In this document: piece after piece, positions 27,456 to 32,000 of the stretch
How the letters are laid out: each line of letters opens with the position of its first letter
How positions within the stretch are numbered: the first letter of the stretch is position 1
Origin: Vibrio vulnificus CMCP6
GTDB taxonomy: Bacteria > Pseudomonadota > Gammaproteobacteria > Enterobacterales > Vibrionaceae
NCBI RefSeq assembly: GCF_000039765.1
Contig: NC_004459.3
Span: 2,691,127 to 2,723,126, forward strand
Direction of reading: 5' to 3'
Length of the DNA stretch: 32,000 nt
Made by a program: the position numbers and the translations under genes
The notes under the pieces: generated by a model
Databases searched by the model: none
Told to the model about the DNA's origin: nothing
What the model saw: only the letters and a program-made list of their open reading frames with translations

Positions 27456-27471
27456 TGGCATAGTTGTTGAT
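27456..27471 (+). promoter_or_regulatory. Probable sigma-54 promoter of the sypM-like operon (non-canonical -12)
   Basis: TGGCATagttgTTGAT has a good -24 element and correct spacing, but the -12 dinucleotide is GA rather than GC. It lies 49 nt upstream of the ATG at 27520. Confidence 0.5.
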
Positions 27472-27519
27472 ACAAAAGCTTAGAGAACAAATAACATTCA
27501 ATGTTCGGTAGGAGGCGTT

Positions 27520-28290
27520 ATGTTGGTGAATAAATCACAACTCGGAGTCAAACCAGATAGCGAGAAAAACACGAAAACCTTTCAAGGAAGCGACGTAAAA
27601 TCTTGGCTCAAACATCATCCCAATCCTCTTATGCGAGCGCTTTTTCGCACACTCAAACAGATCCGTTGTGCCAACTTACCCACACCACATTTTTACAATG
27701 CCTTGCTCTACCGTTTGATGGTGTTGCTTCGCCAATCAAGCGACTATGTGTATCGCACCTTCATCACCACGCCAGCATTCAAAGGCAGGGTCAAGGCATG
27801 CGGCAAACAGCTCTACTTGTATGGCGGATTACCGCTCATCACCAACAATGTTCGTATCTCCATGGGCGATGACTGTAACCTTTCCGGTCAAGCAACCATC
27901 ACAGGCTGCAGCTCTGTCAAAGAGCCTCGATTGAACATCGGCAATCGTGTCTCGATTGGCTGGCAAACCACCATCGCGGTGGGCGACCTGATCACGATTG
28001 AAGACGACGTCGCGATCGCCGGACGCTGCATGTTTTTTGGTTATTCAGGCCACCCCTTAGATCCCAAACGTCGTGCCGCGGGTGAAGGCGATGATCCCAG
28101 CCAGATTCGCCCAATTACCCTACAACGCGGCAGCTGGATTGGCAGCAACGTGATGATCATGGCGGGCGTCACCGTCGGAGCTGGCAGTGTGATCGCCGCA
28201 GGCAGTGTGGTGACACATTCTATTCCTGAAGGTGTGATCGCAGGCGGTAATCCCGCCCACGTGATTCGTTCATTGAACATACCTCGTTGA
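27520..28290 (+). CDS. sypM: Left-handed beta-helix (hexapeptide-repeat) acyl/acetyltransferase, SypM-like
   Basis: 256 aa. The C-terminal hexapeptide repeats are IGNRVSIGWQTTIAVGDLITIEDDVAIAG...GSWIGSNVMIMAGVTVGAGSVIAAGSVV...GNPA. GGAGG lies upstream of the ATG. Confidence 0.8.
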   Translation: MLVNKSQLGVKPDSEKNTKTFQGSDVKSWLKHHPNPLMRALFRTLKQIRCANLPTPHFYNALLYRLMVLLRQSSDYVYRTFITTPAFKGRVKACGKQLYLYGGLPLITNNVRISMGDDCNLSGQATITGCSSVKEPRLNIGNRVSIGWQTTIAVGDLITIEDDVAIAGRCMFFGYSGHPLDPKRRAAGEGDDPSQIRPITLQRGSWIGSNVMIMAGVTVGAGSVIAAGSVVTHSIPEGVIAGGNPAHVIRSLNIPR

Positions 28291-28300
28291 GGAGAGCATC

Positions 28301-29479
28301 ATGAATGACATGATTGTTTTTGCTGAAGACTTTGGAGGGCTGCCCTCTTCAACGCAGCACATCGTGCGACAGCTCGCTAAGCGCCATCGCGTTTTGTGGG
28401 TCAATTCGATTGGCCTTCGTCAACCCAAGTGGAGTTTAAAAGACGCCAAACGTCTTTTGGCCAAACTGTTTGCCATCGCGTTACAAAAACGTCAGCCCTT
28501 TGTCGAAAACGATGGGAATGGCGAAAACGGCGAAAATAGCGAAACGTTTGATGAGCCCAATACGGTTTCAAGCAACATCGAGATCGTCTCTTTCCTGACT
28601 ATTCCTGCTCCCTCCAGTCGCTGGGCTCGCTGGTTGGCGAAAAAGATGCTGACGCTACAGTTGCAACGAAAACTGAAACAATTACGAATGCACGATCCGA
28701 TCTTTTGGACTTCACTGCCAACGGCCGCCGATTTACTCGACAGTTTTCCGCTGTTTCGCTCGGTCTATTATTGTGGTGATGATTTTGCATCGCTGGCTGG
28801 CGTAGATCATCATACGGTGAGCCAACACGAAACGAAGCTCGCACAGCGTTGCGACTGCATATTGGTGGCTAGCCAGCGTTTGTTGGAAAAATTCCCGGCG
28901 CAGAAAACCTTCTTACTCCCTCATGGCGTCGATCTTGAACTCTTTACTCGCCCAGCCCATCGCGCCGATGATTTGCCCACAGGCTTTACCCATTTATGCG
29001 GTTTTTATGGCTCACTCTCTCAATGGCTGGACTACCCCTTAATTGAACGCGTTGCCTCTCAGCTACCACACTGGGGCTTTGTGTTCATTGGCCCCTGTGA
29101 ATTTGATAGTAATCCGTTACCCAAGTTGCCAAATGTGATTTATCTCGGGAAGAAAGCGCACCATGCACTGCCTCGGTATTCACAACATTGGGATGTCAGT
29201 TGGTTGCCTTTTGTCATCAACCAGCAAATCAAATACTGCAATCCATTAAAGTTATTGGAATATTTGGCGGCAGGCACGCCTGTACTGAGTAAAAACTTTC
29301 CCGCAGTAGAGAAGTTTTATAGTCATCTTTGGTTGGCTGAAAACGCACAAGAAATGGTGACGCTACTGCTCACATTACAAAGCCAACCCAAAGCACGCCA
29401 TCCACTCGATAAGCAGCTAAGCCAGCAAAGCTGGGAAGCGCGCGCTCGTTACGTTGAACATTTGGTGGAACAGCTATGA
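28301..29479 (+). CDS. sypN: Glycosyltransferase (GT-B, group-1-like), SypN-like
   Basis: 392 aa. The C-terminal CNPLKLLEYLAAGTPVLS is typical of Glyco_trans_1-type folds. It contains an acidic NGENGENSE low-complexity insert. Confidence 0.65.
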   Translation: MNDMIVFAEDFGGLPSSTQHIVRQLAKRHRVLWVNSIGLRQPKWSLKDAKRLLAKLFAIALQKRQPFVENDGNGENGENSETFDEPNTVSSNIEIVSFLTIPAPSSRWARWLAKKMLTLQLQRKLKQLRMHDPIFWTSLPTAADLLDSFPLFRSVYYCGDDFASLAGVDHHTVSQHETKLAQRCDCILVASQRLLEKFPAQKTFLLPHGVDLELFTRPAHRADDLPTGFTHLCGFYGSLSQWLDYPLIERVASQLPHWGFVFIGPCEFDSNPLPKLPNVIYLGKKAHHALPRYSQHWDVSWLPFVINQQIKYCNPLKLLEYLAAGTPVLSKNFPAVEKFYSHLWLAENAQEMVTLLLTLQSQPKARHPLDKQLSQQSWEARARYVEHLVEQL

Positions 29480-30909
29480 TGGGACTAAAACTGCGCCTCT
29501 ATTCCATTTTGGTGGCCGCATGGCGACGTCGATACGTTATTGTAACGCCCATTGTGATTTTGCCAATCGTCGGTGCGTTGATTGGTATGACTGCGACGCC
29601 GATTTACCGCTCACACACCAGCATGCTGATCCAAGAAACCGCCAAAATGAATCCGTTTCTTGAGGATATTGCTGTCTCCACCATGCTCAAAGATCGCCTA
29701 AGTGCCCTCAGCACCTTGCTAAAAAGCCGCCATGTACTCTATTCCGTGGCCAAACAAGAGGGGCTGATTGATGACAACATGACCACCGCCGAGCAGGACC
29801 GCATCATTCATCAACTCGCTGGAAAGCTCAACGTTCAGCAGTTAGGCAAAGATTTTATCCAGATTGAACTGGTCGCCAACTCGCCCAAAGGCATGGCTTC
29901 ACTGCTCTCGGCAGTCAGCGATCAATTTATCGACCAACTGTTGGCTCCAGAGCGTTCGTCCATCCGCGATTCCAGCGAATTTCTCACCGTACATATTGAA
30001 AAACGCCAACAAGAGCTGTTCGCGGCTGAGCAAGCGTTGGCAGACTTTCAAAACCAATATTCTGCCGACACACCAGCGATGCAAGCGCAGAACTTAACGC
30101 GCTTGGCTTCTCTTAAACAGAGCCTTGCAGAGAAAGAAGCCGAGCTTGCTGGTGTGGAAAAAACCTTAGGTTCGCTTGACCAACAATTGTCGAAAACCAA
30201 CCCTGTGATTGGCAAAATTGAAGAACAAATTATCACCATCCGCAGTGAACTGGCCTTGCTAAGTGCTAAGTACACCGATCAGCACAGCTCTGTTCAAGCC
30301 AAAATGCGCGAGCTTTCGCGCTTGGAACAAGAGCGGCATCAACTGCTGAGTAACCGCAGTGTAACGCTCAATAGCGCTCAACTATGGGATATCGCCAGTA
30401 GCACCATCAACGATACCAATGACAGCCAGCCGCTTTTGGTCACTCAGCTGCAGCAGTTGCAGGTGATACGAGGCCGTTATGAAGCACTGAACGAAGAAAC
30501 CCTCAGCCTCGCAAACATGATTGGCGAGCTGGAACAAAAAGCCAATCACTTCGGCAATACCGCGAAAGACATCACACGGCTGGAGCGCGACGTCACCGTG
30601 AAGCGCCAACTGTATGAAGAATTGGTTCAACGTTATGAAATGGCGCAACTGACAGGCTCATTAGGCATTTTTGAGCAAAATAAACGTGTGAAAGTGATCG
30701 ATGTCCCCTACACGCCATCTTCCACCGCCAACTTGCCTGTGATTCTCTTCGTGCTGGCAGGGCTATTTGGCGGCATCGCACTCGGCGCAGGCATGGCGAT
30801 CTTCTTTGAGATCTTTGACTCAACCATACGCAGTCAACAACAGTTACGCAGTCTCATCAATGTGCCCGTTTTAACGGTGATTCCTCGTATTCGTGCCCCG
30901 CGTAACTGA
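29476..30909 (+). CDS. sypO: Polysaccharide co-polymerase / chain-length determinant (Wzz/GumC-like: N- and C-terminal TM helices with a long coiled-coil periplasmic domain), SypO-like
   Basis: 477 aa. TM1 is YVIVTPIVILPIVGALIGM and TM2 is LPVILFVLAGLFGGIALGAGMAIFF. Between them is a heptad-rich, Q/E/L-rich region. There is no fused kinase domain. Confidence 0.75.
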   Translation: MMGLKLRLYSILVAAWRRRYVIVTPIVILPIVGALIGMTATPIYRSHTSMLIQETAKMNPFLEDIAVSTMLKDRLSALSTLLKSRHVLYSVAKQEGLIDDNMTTAEQDRIIHQLAGKLNVQQLGKDFIQIELVANSPKGMASLLSAVSDQFIDQLLAPERSSIRDSSEFLTVHIEKRQQELFAAEQALADFQNQYSADTPAMQAQNLTRLASLKQSLAEKEAELAGVEKTLGSLDQQLSKTNPVIGKIEEQIITIRSELALLSAKYTDQHSSVQAKMRELSRLEQERHQLLSNRSVTLNSAQLWDIASSTINDTNDSQPLLVTQLQQLQVIRGRYEALNEETLSLANMIGELEQKANHFGNTAKDITRLERDVTVKRQLYEELVQRYEMAQLTGSLGIFEQNKRVKVIDVPYTPSSTANLPVILFVLAGLFGGIALGAGMAIFFEIFDSTIRSQQQLRSLINVPVLTVIPRIRAPRN

Positions 30910-30930
30910 TCCCACTGAATATCACGCCTC

Positions 30931-30965
30931 GCCCACCACAGCATCCGCTTCGGTGGGCATTTTTT
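30931..30965 (+). terminator. Rho-independent terminator after the sypO-like gene
   Basis: Stem GCCCACC (30931-30937) / GGTGGGC (30952-30958), followed by A and then T6 (30960-30965). Confidence 0.8.
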
Positions 30966-30983
30966 AATCGCTCGTCAAAGCGA

Positions 30984-30998
30984 TTCTCAATATGAGAA
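30984..30998 (+). promoter_or_regulatory. Enhancer-type palindrome TTCTCAATATGAGAA (copy 4 of 4)
   Basis: Perfect 6-bp arms, centred 57 bp upstream of the GG of the 31047 promoter and 19 nt after the terminator. Confidence 0.65.
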
Positions 30999-31046
30999 CA
31001 CTACAGCCAATCGACATAACTCCATGTTTTAATTCAACTAAATCGT

Positions 31047-31062
31047 TGGCACACAACCTGCT
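31047..31062 (+). promoter_or_regulatory. Sigma-54 (-24/-12) promoter of the sypP-like operon
   Basis: TGGCACacaacCTGCT has the same spacer (ACAAC) and the same -12 element (CTGCT) as the sypA-like promoter at 12179. It lies 58 nt upstream of the ATG at 31120. Confidence 0.8.
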
Positions 31063-31119
31063 AAATCCCTTAAGCACTACGCGACGCTTTACGTTAATCA
31101 GTTGAAATGGGGATAGGCC

Positions 31120-32000
31120 ATGAACAAAGATAAGCCGAGAAAAACCATTTTTCATGTTGTTCAACATCTCGCTCCCGGCGGCTTAGAAACGCTCGTCCTG
31201 GACATGATGAATGTCTGCTCGACGGATCACGATGTCTACATCATTAGCCTAGAGGGCACAAAGCAAGATGCGGTATTGCATTGGCCTAAGCTGCGCAAGT
31301 ACGCTCGCCAATGTGTCTTTCTCGACAAAGGGACCGGTATCCGCGTTCAGACCATTCACTATCTCGTTAAGTTGTTTCGCCAGTTCTCACCCGATGTGGT
31401 TCATACCCATCATATTGGTCCGTTACTGTATGGAGGGATCGCGGCTCGTTTAAGCGGCGTTGCTTGCCGCATTCATACTGAGCATGACGGTTGGCACCTT
31501 ACCCAGACCAAAAACGCGTTATTGCAAACATGGGCGTTAAAACTGGTTCAACCCATCTTGGTGGCCGACGCAACCGAAGTAAAACTGAGCATTGAACAAC
31601 ATCTGCATCATGAAAACATCATTACCATTAAAAACGGTATTGATTGCGATTACTTTGCCCCTGCAGATAAAACGTGGGCTCGTAAGCAGTTAGATCTGCC
31701 ATTGGACAAGCGTATTGTCGGTTGTGCAGGAAGGTTGGAATCGGTGAAAGGTCAGCAGTGGCTGATACAAGCGCTGCCCATGCTGCCTCACAATGTGCAC
31801 TTGGCGATTGCTGGTCATGGCTCTTTACGCCAAGAGTTAGAGCGTTTGGTATTTACCATGCAACTGCAAGATCGCGTGACGTTTCTTGGCCTTTGCTGCA
31901 CGATGCCGACTTTTTATCAATCGCTTGATCTTTTCTGCTTACCGTCACTCAACGAAGGCTTTCCTCTTTCGACGCTAGAAGCGCAAGCGTGCAACGTTCC
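31120..32000 (+). CDS. sypP: Glycosyltransferase family 4, SypP-like; 3' end lies outside the window
   Basis: It is absent from the ORF track because no stop codon is reached. My own translation from the ATG at 31120 is open to the window end: MNKDKPRKTIFHVVQHLAPGGLETLVLDMM...HTHHIGPLLYGG...LPSLNEGFPLSTLEAQACNV. This is the GT4 EX7E-type motif. Confidence 0.8.
   Translation, partial: MNKDKPRKTIFHVVQHLAPGGLETLVLDMMNVCSTDHDVYIISLEGTKQDAVLHWPKLRKYARQCVFLDKGTGIRVQTIHYLVKLFRQFSPDVVHTHHIGPLLYGGIAARLSGVACRIHTEHDGWHLTQTKNALLQTWALKLVQPILVADATEVKLSIEQHLHHENIITIKNGIDCDYFAPADKTWARKQLDLPLDKRIVGCAGRLESVKGQQWLIQALPMLPHNVHLAIAGHGSLRQELERLVFTMQLQDRVTFLGLCCTMPTFYQSLDLFCLPSLNEGFPLSTLEAQACNV

Noticed and set aside
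28505-28546. In-frame 9-nt tandem-like repeat (GGCGAAAAC / GGCGAAAAT / AGCGAAACG) encoding NGENGENSE in the sypN-like glycosyltransferase
   Set aside because: It has only about three imperfect units, stays in frame, and sits in a probable surface loop. That is too short and degenerate to call a contingency locus.
1-32000. Mobile elements, integrases, tRNA/rRNA genes, CRISPR arrays, toxin-antitoxin pairs or known defence-system signatures, and island boundaries for the polysaccharide locus
   Set aside because: I found no transposase, integrase or recombinase-like ORF, no direct-repeat array, no cloverleaf-like tRNA sequence and no flanking direct repeats by eye. The left boundary of the locus is an ordinary divergent intergenic region, and the right boundary is outside the window.

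Overview
The window looks like a Vibrionaceae-type gammaproteobacterial chromosome segment, judged from gene content, synteny and recalled protein motifs (no database search was possible). It splits into two parts.

**Bases 1 to ~11.9 kb: ordinary core genes.**
- A 5'-truncated multi-MCE LetB/YebT and then rsmF(yebU), in the same order as E. coli.
- A CvfB/YitL-type S1-domain protein, an uncharacterised 452-aa membrane protein and a DUF4442 hot-dog protein.
- An AroH-like DAHP synthase and YajQ.
- A periplasmic-TPR GGDEF diguanylate cyclase.
- A signal-peptide-bearing minimal ATP-dependent DNA ligase (Lig E type).

**Bases ~12.1 kb to the right edge: one co-oriented exopolysaccharide/biofilm locus.**
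- It is syntenic with the Vibrio fischeri syp locus (called rbd in V. vulnificus).
- Gene order is STAS protein, OmpA-like lipoprotein, multi-SLBB export protein, BY-kinase-like ATPase, PhnD-like binding protein (where V. fischeri has sypE), hybrid HK-REC-HPt sensor, and LuxO-like sigma-54 activator.
- These are followed by three glycosyltransferases, a flippase, a Wzy/O-antigen-ligase-like protein, an acetyltransferase, a glycosyltransferase, a Wzz-like protein, and a further glycosyltransferase cut by the window edge.

**Main sequence-level findings.**
- A TTCTCA-N3-TGAGAA palindrome occurs four times (one copy has a single mismatch). Each copy lies 57-80 bp upstream of a correctly spaced GG-N10-GC sigma-54 promoter, which splits the locus into four predicted operons.
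- The PhnD-like gene has its signal peptide and good RBS in one frame and its mature domain in another, consistent with a 1-nt indel.
- The BY-kinase-like protein lacks the Walker A lysine and Walker A' residues.
- The STAS protein has no partner kinase or phosphatase in the window.
- About 215 nt downstream of rsmF is highly structured, carries a C-rich loop and ends in a terminator.

I saw no tRNA, rRNA, CRISPR array, IS element, integrase or recognisable defence system. I do not see a convincingly new system beyond this sypE-less variant of a known locus family.
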